Assembly: GCA_963806535.1 (NCBI GenBank)
Contig: CAWDYC010000005.1
Location: forward strand, 128,001-192,000
Reading direction: 5' to 3'
Source of the DNA: Candidatus Bathyarchaeota archaeon
GTDB taxonomy: Archaea; Thermoproteota; Bathyarchaeia; Bathyarchaeales; Bathycorpusculaceae
Length of the DNA stretch: 64,000 nt
In this document: positions 9,183-21,696 of the stretch, one piece after another
Position numbering within the stretch: position 1 is the stretch's first letter
Layout of the letters: each line of letters begins with the position of its first letter
Program-made: the position numbers and the translations under genes
The notes under the pieces: generated by a model
What the model was told of the DNA's origin: nothing
Seen by the model: only the letters and a program-made list of their open reading frames with translations
Databases searched by the model: none

Positions 9183-10421
9183 TTAAGGTTGTATAAGGTC
9201 ATTGAATAGTTTGAGGTAGTCTTTCAAGTCCTTTACGATTAAGAAGTTGTTTTTGACATGTTCTTTGCCTTGTGCACCCATCATTTGGGCTTCCTCTTTG
9301 TGATTGAGCAGGTAGATGGTTTTTTCGGCAGCTTCGTTTACTGTGTTGATTAGGTAGCCGTTGGTGCCGTTGATTATTTGCAGCGGTATTCCTCCTACAC
9401 CTCTTGCGACTACAGGAATGCCTTTCCACAATGATTCAGTTACGCTAAGTCCGAACCCCTCTCGCGTTGACATTTGAAGTATAACGGAGGAAGCCCTTTG
9501 AAAAGCGTTCACTTCTATATCGTTGACGCCTTTAAAGTCCGTTAAGAGGTGAACGTCGGTGTCGTCGCCTGAATGACGGGCTGTCTTCTCAAAGTATGTC
9601 CAGCCTTCAGGGTCATCAGTGGCCATGCCTGCGATGAGGAGTAATTGAACCTGAGGAATTTCCTTTTTTACCAATTTGTAAACATCGATGACTCCAACTG
9701 GGTCTTTCCAAGGGTCAAAACGCCCAACTTGGGTAATGATTGGTTTTTCAGGATTTATACCGAACTTTTCCAAAATGGTCAAAATAGTTTCTGCTGGAAT
9801 TTCTTTGTTCTTATCGCTCAACGGGTCAATTGACGGAGGTCTTATGAGGATTTTTGGGACTTTTAAGCTGGGAATGATGTATTTTTCTGAGGTGAATATT
9901 GCTGCATCGTATCGGCTGATGTATTGCTCAAGAAAACTCCAAACAGATGTGTTGGGCGTTGAGAGGTCGATGTGGCAGCGCCAAATCCACTTGTCATTTT
10001 TTGCAGGAAGAAACTGAATCATGGCTGCTGGTTGGTTGTCGTGAACCACCACAAAATCAGTGTTCAAAATTGTGGATTCACTGTTTTGCCTATTATATTC
10101 CAGATACGTCCTTACTTCTTCCGGAGAAAGTTCTAGGTTCATTCCTTGAAGTGCATTATGAATTTTTTTGGTCACATTGAAAAAATCCAGTGACCCTTTG
10201 ATAACTTCCCAGTGAACATCCAGTCCAACATCATTCATTATAGGCACTAAATTACGAAGCATTTCCGCTACTCCGCCCCCGAAAGATGTAGAGTTAACAT
10301 GGGTCACGGATTTTCCCTTAAGTGTCTCCGCTAAAGCCTTAACCGAAGCGACTTCTTCCTCTCCAACAATTCCAATATAATCGTCAAGACTAATTTTCCT
10401 TAGCTGCTCCACATGTAACAT
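9183..10421 (-). CDS. treT: Trehalose synthase / glycosyltransferase TreT (GT4)
   Basis: HVNSTSFGGGVAE, HNALQG, WRCHID, RFDPWKDP and EGFGLSVTE motifs. Confidence 0.85.
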   Translation of the reverse strand: MLHVEQLRKISLDDYIGIVGEEEVASVKALAETLKGKSVTHVNSTSFGGGVAEMLRNLVPIMNDVGLDVHWEVIKGSLDFFNVTKKIHNALQGMNLELSPEEVRTYLEYNRQNSESTILNTDFVVVHDNQPAAMIQFLPAKNDKWIWRCHIDLSTPNTSVWSFLEQYISRYDAAIFTSEKYIIPSLKVPKILIRPPSIDPLSDKNKEIPAETILTILEKFGINPEKPIITQVGRFDPWKDPVGVIDVYKLVKKEIPQVQLLLIAGMATDDPEGWTYFEKTARHSGDDTDVHLLTDFKGVNDIEVNAFQRASSVILQMSTREGFGLSVTESLWKGIPVVARGVGGIPLQIINGTNGYLINTVNEAAEKTIYLLNHKEEAQMMGAQGKEHVKNNFLIVKDLKDYLKLFNDLIQP

Positions 10422-10597
10422 AAAATAAAACCTCAGAAATTCGATTTGCCGCATTTGCGACAAATTAATATCACTGTCCGCGGATAATAATGTTTGTTTA
10501 GCGTTAAAAGCAAAAAACATTTTTCAGATCGAAATCAACGATGTGTCGAAGATTTTTTTTGCTTCCCACTTACTCTCAATAAATTAGGAGTAGATTT

Positions 10598-12438
10598 TTG
10601 CAACGAAAACGAAAATTGGCGCAAATTATTCTAAAGACAAAACCGAATTTTCAGTCTGGGCACCACAAAAAGACGTAATCTCTCTTGTTCTTCCAGAAAA
10701 AAACGAAGTCCACAAAATGAACAAGACGGCTAATGGATATTGGAATTTAGAAATTGATGGACTAAAACCTGGGACCCACTATCAATTTCGTCTGAACAAC
10801 AAAAAAGACAGACCCGACCCAGCTTCGCATTTTCAACCCGACGGCGTCTTTGGTGCATCAGCCACCGTAGATCATTCTTCTTTCTCTTGGTCAGACAATG
10901 ACTGGCTCGGAACAAAGCTTGAAGACATGGTTATTTACGAGCTTCATATCGGTACTTTCAGCAGCCAAGGTACATTTGCTGGGGCAAAAGGTAGAGCTCG
11001 TGAGCTTTCGCAGTTGGGAATTAACGCGGTAGAGCTCATGCCAGTTTCACAGTTCTCGGGTGCGAGAAACTGGGGCTACGACGCAGTCTTCCCGTTTGCA
11101 GTACAGAACACTTACGGTGGACCCGAAGGGTTGAAGATGTTGGTTGACGAGTTCCATGCTAATGGAATCGCAGTGGTTCTTGACGTTATCTATAATCATA
11201 TTGGCCCAGAAGGAAATTTTCTTGGTGATTTCGGGCCGTATTTTCTGTTTTGACCGCAGGCTTCCTTGGGGAGCTGCAATCAATTTTGACGGTGCACTAA
11301 GTCCAGAAGTCAGAAACTTTTTTCTTCAAAACGCTGTTAACTGGTTCCAAAATTACCATGTTGATGGCTTAAGACTCGACGCCATATTCACAATAGTCGA
11401 CAACAGTCCCAAACATTTCTTGAAAGAGCTATCTGAAACTATAGAAAACTTGGGAATATGTCAGAGAAAATTGCTGCTTATCGGGGAAAATGACCGCGTT
11501 GATCCAAAAATAGTTAATGTGAAAGCGGACGGGTTTGGTTTGGATGCGGTCTGGCACGACAACCTGCACCATTCAATACATGCAATGTTGACTGGAGAAC
11601 GAAATTGGTATTACTCATCATTTGGGACTCTGAAAAAAATCGTTAGCGCTCTTCACCAAGAATACGTTAATTGTGAAGAAGCAGTTTCAGTGGAAAAGCT
11701 AGAAATTATGTTCCCAAGAAAGAATTGCCCCACAGAAAGCTTGTGGTTTTTTCTCAAAACCATGATCAAATTGGAAACAGGGCGTTGGGTGAACGGTTAA
11801 TTTCGGTTGCAGGGTTTGAAGCTGCAAAACTTGCGGCGGGAATCGTAATCTTGTCGCAGTATACGCCTTTACTTTTTATGGGAGAAGAATACGGCGAAAA
11901 AGCTCCTTTTCTTTTTTTCACTGACTTTTCCAATGAAGCATTAGGCAAAAGAGTAAGAAACGGAAGGAAAAAAGAACTCAAGAAAAATGGCTGGAAAGAC
12001 GAACCGCCCAATCCTCAGGGACCCTCAACATTTGATTGTTCGAAAATAAATTGGCAGGAAAGGTCAAGTAGAAATGGCAGAAGAATTCTGGAGTACTACC
12101 AGAACCTTATTGAAATAAGGAAGACTTTTCTTAACAGAGACCCTAATAAGCGGCTTAGAATTAAGTTTTATAAGGCAAAGGACGAGTCGCTTTTGGTAAT
12201 TCAAAAAAGAAACTCCAACTCCACTTTGGTATCTGTAGCTAATTTTGGCGAAAAAGAGAGCAAATACACATTTCCCTGCAGCGGAGGATTTTACATTAAA
12301 GCGTTAGATTCCGCAGATGTTAAATGGTTAGGCCCCGGTTCTATGGTTCCTGAGACAGCAAAATTAGGCGATAATCAATCAATTCGCCCTTTAAGCATCG
12401 CAGTTTTTTCTAATCAAAAGGTGAAAAACAATGGTTGA
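10598..12438 (+). CDS. treZ: Malto-oligosyltrehalose trehalohydrolase (GH13), split by frameshifts near 11250 and 11725
   Basis: FSVWAP, PDPASHFQPDGV, YELHIGTF, RNWGYD, DGLRLDA, QNHDQIGNR and PLLFMGEEYGE motifs across three ORFs. Confidence 0.85.
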
Positions 12439-14877
12439 AAAATTCATTTGCATCCACGGCCATTTTTATCAGCCGCCCCGAGAAAACCCGTGGCTTGAAG
12501 AAGTTGAATTCGAAAAATCCGCTAGTCCCTACCATGATTGGAATGCTCGGATAACTGCTGAATGCTATGCTCCCAACTCTGTTTCCCGCATCATGGATAC
12601 GCAATGGAGAATAATTGGTCTCGTGAACAATTATTCAAAAATCAGCTTCAACTTTGGCCCAACTCTCCTATACTGGCTAGCGAGGAATGAACCTGCATTA
12701 TACCAAGCGATCATTGACGCAGACAAGAAAAGTACAATGAATTTTTCAGGGCACGGAACCGCAATTGCCCAAGTCTACAACCACATGATTATGCCATTAG
12801 CCAATAAAAAAGACAAAGAAACACAAGTAAAATGGGGCATAAGAGATTTCCAGGTAAGATTCGGAAGATATCCTGAGGGAATGTGGCTGCCTGAAACCGC
12901 GGTTGACATCGATACCCTGGAAACTCTTGCTTTACACGGAATTAAATTCACAATATTGGCCCCTCATCAAGCAATGAGGATTCGAAGAATTGGCGAAAAA
13001 GACTGGACTGATGTGCAAGAAGCCAAGATTGATCCAAGAAGAGCGTATGTCTGCCCGCTTCCTTCAGGAAAAAAAATCAATCTTTTCTTTTTTGACAAGT
13101 ATAAAGCTTCAGATGTAGCGTTTGGGGAAATTCTGTCAAATGGGGAGGTATTCGCCAACAAACTAATTGAGGGTTTCCAGAATGAACCGGCTGATGCAAA
13201 AGCACTCATAACAAACATGGCAAGCGACGGAGAAGTATACGGTCACCATCAGTCATCACGGCGACATGACCTTAGCCTACTGCCTTTACTACATACAATC
13301 GAAAAACCTTGCTAAAATAACAAACTATGCTGAGTTCCTTGAAAAGTTTCCCCCGGAATTTGAAGTTGAAATCAAAGAGAACACTTCGTGGAGCTGTCCT
13401 CACGGCGTCGAAAGATGGAGAAGCGACTGTGGCTGTAACACGGGATCCCGACCTGGCTGGAAACAGACGTGGCGAAAACCTCTGCGTGAAGCAATGAACA
13501 TGCTTCGAGACGAAATAGCCTCGAAATTTGAGTCTGACGCCGCCAAATACTTGAAAGACCCTTGGGAGGCAAGAGAAAGCTACATTGATGTAGTTTTTGA
13601 CAGGTCAAGCGAGAGTGTCCAGCGATTTTTGGACGCTCAAAAGAGTAGAGACTTATCCGAAGATGAAAAAAAGCGGGTCATGAAACTCCTTGAAATGGAG
13701 CGGCAAGCAATGCTCATGTTTACTAGCTGCGGCTGGTTTTTCGATGAAGTTTCGGGCTTAGAAACCGTTCAGGTAATGATGTATGCTGCAAGAGCAATTC
13801 AGCTTGCCAAGCAAGTACTTGGCTTAGATCTAGAAGGATAAATACGTCAAAATGCTTGAGCAGGCACCCAGCAACATTCCCGAGTTCGAAAACGGTACAA
13901 AAACTTATAATTTACTTGTCAAAACAAAAGTCGTTGACCTATCAAAGATAGCCGCACATTGTACAATTCTTCGATTGTTTTCAAACGCGAAAACTAATAG
14001 TCAAACAAACATCCAGCATTACGGTTGCTGCTTTACAATTACGGATAAAGAAATGGAACAATATGATGCTGGGAAATTCCGGCTTGTAATTAGCTTCTCA
14101 AATGTGCAGTCAACCATAACTTTTGACGAAGAAATGTTTGCTTGCGCTGCAATTTGGCTTGGTGACCACAATGTTTCCTGCGGAGTAAAAGCCGGTGCCG
14201 ACGCGGAACTTTACAAGACAATGAAGAACGAGTTATTAGAAAAATTCAGTAAAGGCGAAATAAACGAAGCAATCATGCAACTGCCAAAATATTTTGGAGT
14301 AAACAATTACTCACTTAAAGACGTGTTCAAAGACGGCCAAAAAAGAATATTGGACTTCATAGTTCAAGATGCCGTTAAAAAAGCAACTGACTTAAATGAA
14401 ATTATTTACAGGGACAATTTGGCCTTTCTGCGCTTCATGAATGAAACCAAAATTCCTATTCCAAAACCGTTTAGGACTGCCACTGAAATCGTTTTAAACC
14501 ACAAGATTAAGCAAATGCTTGTAGATGAAGAAGTAAACGTTGAAGAGTTAAGCAAGCTAATCTCTGATTCCAAAGCTTTATCCATCGAATTCGAATCGGA
14601 CATAATATCTTTGGAAGCAAGCGAGAAAATCGATAAAGAATTTACCAAGCTAATAGATGCAACGCCAGATAGCAAGAAACTCGAAAACGTTGACAAATTA
14701 ATAACCGCTCTAAACGAGCTGCCGCTAAAACTTGAGCTTTGGCATGCACAAAACAACGCTTTTGAAATTGCCCGAAAAACCTACAGACCCCTCAAAGAGA
14801 TGAAAGATGAAGACTCTCAAAAATGGGTTTTGGCATACGAGAAACTTTGTAAATCAATTGGAATAAGGCTGGATTAA
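12431..14877 (+). CDS. Glycoside hydrolase family 57 / DUF3536 protein, split by frameshifts near 13260 and 13840
   Basis: [41 protein letters not shown] and [11 protein letters not shown] motifs. Confidence 0.85.
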
Positions 14878-14879
14878 CT

Positions 14880-17544
14880 TTGAAACCTTTGGCAACTTAC
14901 CGGGTACAGTTAAACCGAGACTTTGACTTCTGCAAGCTCAAAGCAATACTTCCCTATTTGCATCAACTCGGAATATCCCATGTTTACGCATCGCCTATAG
15001 TTCAAGCCCGACATTGGAAGCACTCACGGTTACGACGCCACAGACCAAAACGTGATTAACAAAGAACTGGGCGGAGAAAACGGCTTCGATGAATTAATCA
15101 AAGAAGCAGCCTCATTGGGCTTAGAATGGTTACAAGACATAGTTCCTAATCACATCTCATATTCGCCAGAAAGCACATTTGTTTCTGACTTAATGACGCA
15201 TGAATCTGCCTCAAAATTCCACGGCTTTTTGGATATTGACTGGAACCACCCGTCTCCAAAACTCAACCGCAAAGTCCTCGCGCCTTTCTTAAACGATGAC
15301 TTTGAGGTTTGTTTGCGGAAGGGACAGATAAAACTTGCATATCACAGCGGTTTCCGAATACTGTATGGAGACACCGAATTTCCAGTTAATGTACGTTCGT
15401 ACAAAAAAATCCTGGAGAAAAGCCCTCATATTATTTCACTTGAATGTGAAGAAAATGAAAAACTGGTTTTAACACTCATGCAACATTACAATTCCGATAA
15501 TGCATTAAGAACGGCGGTCGATGAAGCAGTAAATCGAATCAACAACGATTTACAACTTCTAAAAGAACTTCTGTCGAACCAAATTTATGTACTTTCAAAT
15601 TGGAGAAGCGTTCTAAAAGAAATCAACTACCGGAGATTCTTCGATATAGCTGGTTTAATATGTCTTCGCATGGAAGAAAACAAAGTTTTTGAAGTAACAC
15701 ATGAGTTGATCGGGCAGCTCTTGCGAGAAAACAAAGTAGCAGGGTTAAGAGTTGATCATGTAGATGGGTTATATGATCCTGAGGAGTATTTGCAATGGCT
15801 TCGAAGATTAGCGCCCGACGCATACATTGTTGTTGAAAAAATACTTCTAAACGGAGAAAACTTGCCTGCATCTTGGCCTGTCGACGGAACAACAGGATAC
15901 GACTTCCTCAACGAGCTAAACAATTTATTCATTTCAGCTGAGAATGAAAAAGAAATATCCACGGTTTACTGCGAATTCACGAAAAATAAAAAGTCATTCA
16001 ATGAACTCGCCTACGTACATAAAAAAAGCGTAATCAAAAGGTACTTTGGCGGTGACATCGCAAACCTGGCCAGAATTCTTAACCAAATCTCAAAAACAAG
16101 ACCGTACGGAGAAAAATGTTCTCCCCAAAGAACCTCCGAAGCCATTATAGAGTTGATTTCAAATTTTCCAATTTACAGAACATATTTCAACTGCAAAGAC
16201 GGAAAAACTGCAGACAACAAAACTTTTGAAGCTGCCCTAAAAAGTTCAAAGGAAAAAAACAGAAAAATAAGAAATGAATTAGCCGCCATAGAACACTTGA
16301 TTCAAGAAGGTTCTAAGTCAACCGACGCTATCCATTTCATCACGAGGCTTCAACAATTCACGGGACCCATTATGGCCAAAGGCGTTGAAGACACCGCGCT
16401 TTACGTTTACAACAGACTTCTTTCGCTCAATGAAGTGGGTAGCAACCCCGAAAATTTTGGCTGCGCAATTGAAGATTTCAATAATTTAATAATAGCGCGC
16501 CAAAACAATTGGCCTAGCACCTTGAATGCCACCTCAACCCATGACACAAAAAGGGGCGAAGACTGTAGAGCCAGAATAAATGTTATCAGCGAAGTACCAA
16601 GTGAATTCAGCAATCATTTGAACAAATGGTCTGAGATAAACTCCAGGAAGAAATACCCACCAAAACTTGCTCCAAACAAAAACGAAGAATACTACATTTA
16701 TCAAACCCTCATAGGCTCATTTCCCCTCCAAAAAACCGAGCTGGACGACTACAAGAACCGGTTGAAGCTGCATATGACAAAGGCGTTGAGAGAAGCTAAA
16801 AAAAACTCATCCTGGCTCTCACCCAATCTGCCTTACGAGCAAGCTGTCAGCAAATTCGTGACTGAACTTTTAAATCAAGGCAGCGAAAACATTTTCCTTC
16901 AGGATTTTTTGTCCTTCCAGAAAAGAATTGCTTTTTGCGGATTCCTCAATTCTCTCTCTCAAACCCTAATAAAAATAGCCAGCCCCGGAGTTCCAGATTT
17001 CTATCAGGGCTCAGAACTCTGGGACCTAAATTTAGTGGACCCAGATAACCGCCGTCCTGTTGATTATTCAAAAAGGAAGCGTTTCTTAGATGAGGTTCAA
17101 AATTTGAGCACTTCAAAACTTCATGGACTTTTAGATAACTTTGCTGATGGAAAAGTGAAGATTTACGAAATAAGCAAAGCATTAGAAACTCGAAAGAAGA
17201 ACAGTTGTCTCTTCCAAAGTGGTGCCTACATTCCGTTGACGACAAAAGGCTCCTTTAACAACAACATTATTGCTTTTTGCCGAAGGAAAGAAACAGCCTC
17301 TGTAGTAATCGTTGCTCTCAGGTTCACTGCTAAACTTACGAATATGGAGAGACTGCCGTTAGGAGATGTTTGGGGTGACACTTTTGTTTGTCTTCCTCAG
17401 GGTGCTTCAAAAGTTTGGCGGGAAATTTTCTCTGAAGACACATTGATTTCAAGGAGGATAGATGGCGCTGAGGGATTTTATGTCTGCGATTTGCTGAAGA
17501 CATTTCCTGTGGCGATGCTTATGCAAGGGGAATCCAAAACATGA
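14880..17544 (+). CDS. treY: Malto-oligosyltrehalose synthase (frameshift near 15010)
   Basis: N-terminus [11 protein letters not shown]...ISHVYASP from TTG 14880; [34 protein letters not shown] and [11 protein letters not shown] motifs. Confidence 0.88.
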
Positions 17545-19049
17545 AACCACTGAAGAGGGCAAGCGGGGTTTTGCTTCATGTAACATCGCTTCCATCTGAT
17601 TTTGGCATAGGTGATTTGGGGCCAAATAGTTACCGCTTCGTAGATTTCCTCTTTAAAACCAATCAACGTTTTTGGAACATCCTTCCACTGACACCAGCTA
17701 GTACCCAATTCAACAATTCTCCATATCAGCCTACTTCAGCGTTTGCAGGAAATACTCTACTCTTGAGCCCAAAACTTCTTAGTGAAGATGGGCTGCTGAC
17801 AAAAGAAGATCTTGAAATGTTAAAGCTGCCGGAGGGTCAGGTTAATTTCAAAACCGTAACAGCCTCCAAAGCGGAAATGAAGAAGAAGGCATACTTGAAT
17901 TTTGTCCAAAACAAGACTAGCCAAAGTCGATTTAATGAAAGCAGTTTTGAAAAGTTCCTTTCGGAAAACTCTACTTGGATTAACGATTACACTCTTTTCT
18001 GCGCACTTGAAGCCGTCACAGAGAAACCCTGGTACCAATGGCCAAATCAACTGCGTGATAGAGATCCAAAAGCTCTCGCCCAAAAAGAAGCTGAACTGAA
18101 AAACAGGATTGAACAAGAAAAGTTTGCGCAATACCTTTTTTCAAAGCAATGGATCGCCTTAAAAGAATACTGCCGGGTAAGAGAAGTAGCTGTGTTTGGC
18201 GATTTGCCATTTTACATGTGCTACGATAGCGCGGATGTTTGGGTGAACCCTGAACTATTTAACTTGGACAATCAAAAACTGCCAAGGTACGTTAGCGGAG
18301 TGCCTCCGGACTACTTCAGTAAGTCAGGGCAACGATGGGGAAACCCAACATACAATTGGGGTGAACATAAAAAAACATCTTTTCAATGGTGGATAACCAG
18401 AATACAGGAGAATTTGAAGCGTTTCGAGATTTTGCGTTTTGATCATTTTAGGGGGTTCACGGCTACCTGGCAAATACCTGCATCTTCCAAAACCGCCAAA
18501 AAAGGCAGGTGGATTAAGTCGCCAACGAAGAGCTTTTTTGAAGTCTTAAAACGGTTTTTTCCAAATATGCCCTTCGTGGCTGAAGACCTCGGATTAATCA
18601 CAAACAGTGTACGGGAAAACCTAGCGCTTCTAGGGATTTCTGGCATGAAAGTCTTAGTTTTTGCCTTCAACGGCGCATCGAATAATCCTAACTTACCAGA
18701 AAATCACACGGAAAACTCTGTGATTTACACAGGAACCCACGATACCAACACGGCGAAAGGCTGGTTTATGGAGGAAGCCTCCTGCGAAGAAAAAGAGCAG
18801 TTCTTCAAATTTGTAGGCAGAAAAGTTCCTCAAAACCAGATTAGTAATGAGTTTATTAAGTTAGCTCTATCATCCAAATCTAAATTGAGCATTATCACAA
18901 TGCAGGATTTGCTCTCTTTAGGCTCAGAAGCACGAATGAACAACCCTGCGAAAAGCGCTAATAATTGGCAATGGAAACTAAAAAGTGAACAGTTAAATGG
19001 CAAGAATTTTGAAAGAATCATAGCGTTAACTGAGGCGTCAGGAAGATAA
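17541..19049 (+). CDS. malQ: 4-alpha-glucanotransferase (GH77)
   Basis: RASGVLLHVTSLP, GVPPDYFS, RFDHFRG, AEDLG and YTGTHD motifs. Confidence 0.92.
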   Translation: MKPLKRASGVLLHVTSLPSDFGIGDLGPNSYRFVDFLFKTNQRFWNILPLTPASTQFNNSPYQPTSAFAGNTLLLSPKLLSEDGLLTKEDLEMLKLPEGQVNFKTVTASKAEMKKKAYLNFVQNKTSQSRFNESSFEKFLSENSTWINDYTLFCALEAVTEKPWYQWPNQLRDRDPKALAQKEAELKNRIEQEKFAQYLFSKQWIALKEYCRVREVAVFGDLPFYMCYDSADVWVNPELFNLDNQKLPRYVSGVPPDYFSKSGQRWGNPTYNWGEHKKTSFQWWITRIQENLKRFEILRFDHFRGFTATWQIPASSKTAKKGRWIKSPTKSFFEVLKRFFPNMPFVAEDLGLITNSVRENLALLGISGMKVLVFAFNGASNNPNLPENHTENSVIYTGTHDTNTAKGWFMEEASCEEKEQFFKFVGRKVPQNQISNEFIKLALSSKSKLSIITMQDLLSLGSEARMNNPAKSANNWQWKLKSEQLNGKNFERIIALTEASGR

Positions 19050-19374
19050 ATTGTGGGTAAAAGCTCAGCTTAATTCTAGATTTTCTTTTTGCGCCACGTT
19101 GAGTAACATATAGCTGTAATTTGGTCGTTGGAGCGCTTCTCTGTTTCAGCTTTGCTATTGTTTTCTTCATGCATGAATTTTTCACATCTTGAAATGAAAT
19201 CTCGTTCAGACTCATTCGATTTAGGTTTTGGGACAGGCATCAAAAACACCACATTAAGAATTAGTTCTTACTGTCCTTACAAATTAGTTTCTGATTGATT
19301 AGAATTTGTGATTGATACCTCACAGTAACAAGGGATTATATGCTTGGCTATTGGACTAAATATAGTGATAATTC

Positions 19375-19641
19375 TTGTTTGCACTTCAAGTGATTAATCT
19401 AGTGGATCCAGGCTTTTGGTGGCTGCTTATAGTTCTACTTATAATTGCATTAATTGCAATCGTCTTTATCGGCTTTTTATTCGCTTTCCCAATTGCAGCA
19501 CTCGCAGGGATAGCGGTGTTCTTCTTAACAGGCAGCTTGGTATGGGCGGGAATAACTTTCTTAATAGTTGCCTTGATTTCTGCAGCCGTGGGCGATTTGT
19601 TGCACATGACACGGCGTCACCATCACCATCATGAAGATTAG
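19375..19641 (+). CDS. Small very hydrophobic membrane protein with C-terminal His tract
   Basis: About 3 TM segments, ending TRRHHHHHED. Confidence 0.6.
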   Translation: MFALQVINLVDPGFWWLLIVLLIIALIAIVFIGFLFAFPIAALAGIAVFFLTGSLVWAGITFLIVALISAAVGDLLHMTRRHHHHHED

Positions 19642-19657
19642 TTTTTAGAAGCTTAAT

Positions 19658-20077
19658 ATGGAGAATATCAAGATGTCAAAACTCAAATCAGTAATAGCCT
19701 TACTGGCAATCGTAATTATCATTATCACAGCTTTCTCGGTTTATGCAGGCGTAACCTACCCAAGAACAACTGCAAGCATACCAGTATCTTTTAGGGTAGG
19801 TGCTGATTCGAAGATTATAGCTTTTGACCAGCCAATCTTGGATGATAGAGTACAAATTCAAGTGGTAGTTCAAAATGGCGCAGCATTGTGGCGGGCTCAA
19901 ATTCTTAACGGCGGCCAAGTTATCTGGGAACACTCGGCAGCACAGGGTGAACAACAAAGCTACAATAGCGGCTGGATTCAAATGCCATCTGGAAACTATA
20001 ATTTCACTTTTGGAACAATAGGCATCGGGTCATTAGACGCCACCGCTTCAGTTATGTCTAAAGGCGGTTTTTGGTGA
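19658..20077 (+). CDS. Secreted/membrane-anchored hypothetical protein
   Basis: N-terminal hydrophobic helix followed by a beta-rich domain. Confidence 0.7.
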   Translation: MENIKMSKLKSVIALLAIVIIIITAFSVYAGVTYPRTTASIPVSFRVGADSKIIAFDQPILDDRVQIQVVVQNGAALWRAQILNGGQVIWEHSAAQGEQQSYNSGWIQMPSGNYNFTFGTIGIGSLDATASVMSKGGFW

Positions 20078-20152
20078 AAAAATGCGGTTTCCCAAGGGGT
20101 CCCACAGTTTTTCCCAAACCAGGAGATGCGAATCAATTCACCTTTAAAATGT

Positions 20153-20659
20153 TTAGTTCTCGTTGAGTTTTTCATTAACCTTTAAGTCAATTTTGCCGCA
20201 TTTGGGACAAAAATAAACTATTACGGGTAACGCTTCCTTCCCAAGTTTTACTGAATTATTGTCAGCAGATTTTTGATCCATTCTTTCCAATCCATCAATT
20301 CTAAACTCGGTTCGAGTTTGAGACATCTCAACATTACATAAAGAGCAACAAGGAACTATGGCGTTTTTCGTTTGGTCTTCCTTGGTTTTGTTGTCATCGA
20401 TAACTGTGCCTTCGACATCGATTTTTTCAACCTCAATTGGTGAGGAAATATTTTCCGTATTCCCTAAAAATCGGCAGGGCGTTGCACAATCTAGTACAAA
20501 CAAGCAATGATAGCAACAAGACATCTTCTCTTCATTTTTACATCGAACCTGCCTGCTTGCCTTCGCTCTCTCGCTATCAGTAACAGCTAGACATAATTTC
20601 TCACTTGTTAAATATTCACAGCAATTGGCTATGTCTGACAAATTACTTTCTTCCTGCAC
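20153..20659 (-). CDS. Cys-rich putative zinc-binding protein
   Basis: N-terminal Cys cluster (CCEYL...CCYHC...C..C) and C-terminal CSLC...CPKCG ribbon. Confidence 0.65.
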   Translation of the reverse strand: MQEESNLSDIANCCEYLTSEKLCLAVTDSERAKASRQVRCKNEEKMSCCYHCLFVLDCATPCRFLGNTENISSPIEVEKIDVEGTVIDDNKTKEDQTKNAIVPCCSLCNVEMSQTRTEFRIDGLERMDQKSADNNSVKLGKEALPVIVYFCPKCGKIDLKVNEKLNEN

Positions 20660-20854
20660 TATTCAAGACAAGGATTTCTCCTATGTGTGTTTTGGTTCAG
20701 AAACTCCGAAAAATGGTTGAGATTAAAGCACAGTGTAGCTTCTCAGGTCAGCATTCTACTCGGTGAAATAAATAAATGCTCTTCTCACGAAACAATACGG
20801 GAAATGGTGAAAATAGTGGCTTCAATGATCTTTGAACTTGTGAAAATAGAGTTG

Positions 20855-21385
20855 TTAGCGCTCGTTTGCGGTTATGAGGGTGTTGAAACTGAAATTGCTT
20901 ATGTCCAGTATGTCGTGGGACACAGTTAGGTTCAGTTGAATGGGAATCACTTGTCCTGGGCTGAGGATTTGACCTGAGTAGTTCCAGTTTAGAGAAATAT
21001 AGTTCGAGGAGGCGGATGGGGTCCAATTTGTCATTTCCAAAGACAATGAAGCCTTCGAATTCATTTCATTACTAATATAGATCATTAAGGTATTGTTTGA
21101 ACCAGCTTCTATGTTTCCCCAGTTGAGTGAGAGCGTTCTGTTGGTGCAGGCTTGATCCCAGTAAATCCCCACTCCAATGCCGTTCACGGAGCTCGCATGG
21201 GCAACGATTTTGTCCGACTCGAAGACAGTGGCGGCACAAAAAACAAAGAGAGATAATAAGCATATTACTGCTAGCATTATTTTTCTGTGAGCATGATTTC
21301 CTGTCGGAATAGTAAATGTTTGTCTTAAGTTTTTTATTCCTTTGTTGATTTTGTGGGGCAACTTCCTGAGGCTTTTATTAGACAT
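20855..21385 (-). CDS. Secreted hypothetical protein
   Basis: TM/signal segment then GIYWDQACTNRTLSLNWG Ig-like domain. Confidence 0.7.
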   Translation of the reverse strand: MSNKSLRKLPHKINKGIKNLRQTFTIPTGNHAHRKIMLAVICLLSLFVFCAATVFESDKIVAHASSVNGIGVGIYWDQACTNRTLSLNWGNIEAGSNNTLMIYISNEMNSKASLSLEMTNWTPSASSNYISLNWNYSGQILSPGQVIPIQLNLTVSHDILDISNFSFNTLITANER

Positions 21386-21696
21386 TCCAAATCCCCCAAT
21401 AGTATTATATCATAATAAACCATATAGTGATGTATAAACAAATGTGATTGTATTGACACTCCAACAGTCTATTCTGCGAAAGTTGTCTCAGAAAACCAAA
21501 AAAGAAAAAATACGAATTAAAACGTTGACCTTGTAGTTGATGTGCTGGCCATTATCTGGAATTTTCCTCTCATTAAGTGATTTTTCCTAACAATCAGTTC
21601 AACCTTTCACAGGGTTCGAAGTATATCTACACTGAGCGATTAAAAAAATCGCACATATTATTAAGTCGTTTTTATTGTAATATTTTATTGGTATTA

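Noticed and set aside
20955-20975. GGGCTGAGGATTTGACC as a further att scar
   Set aside because: It lies inside an intact CDS (codons GQILSP on the minus strand) and the match is weak, so it is likely coincidental.
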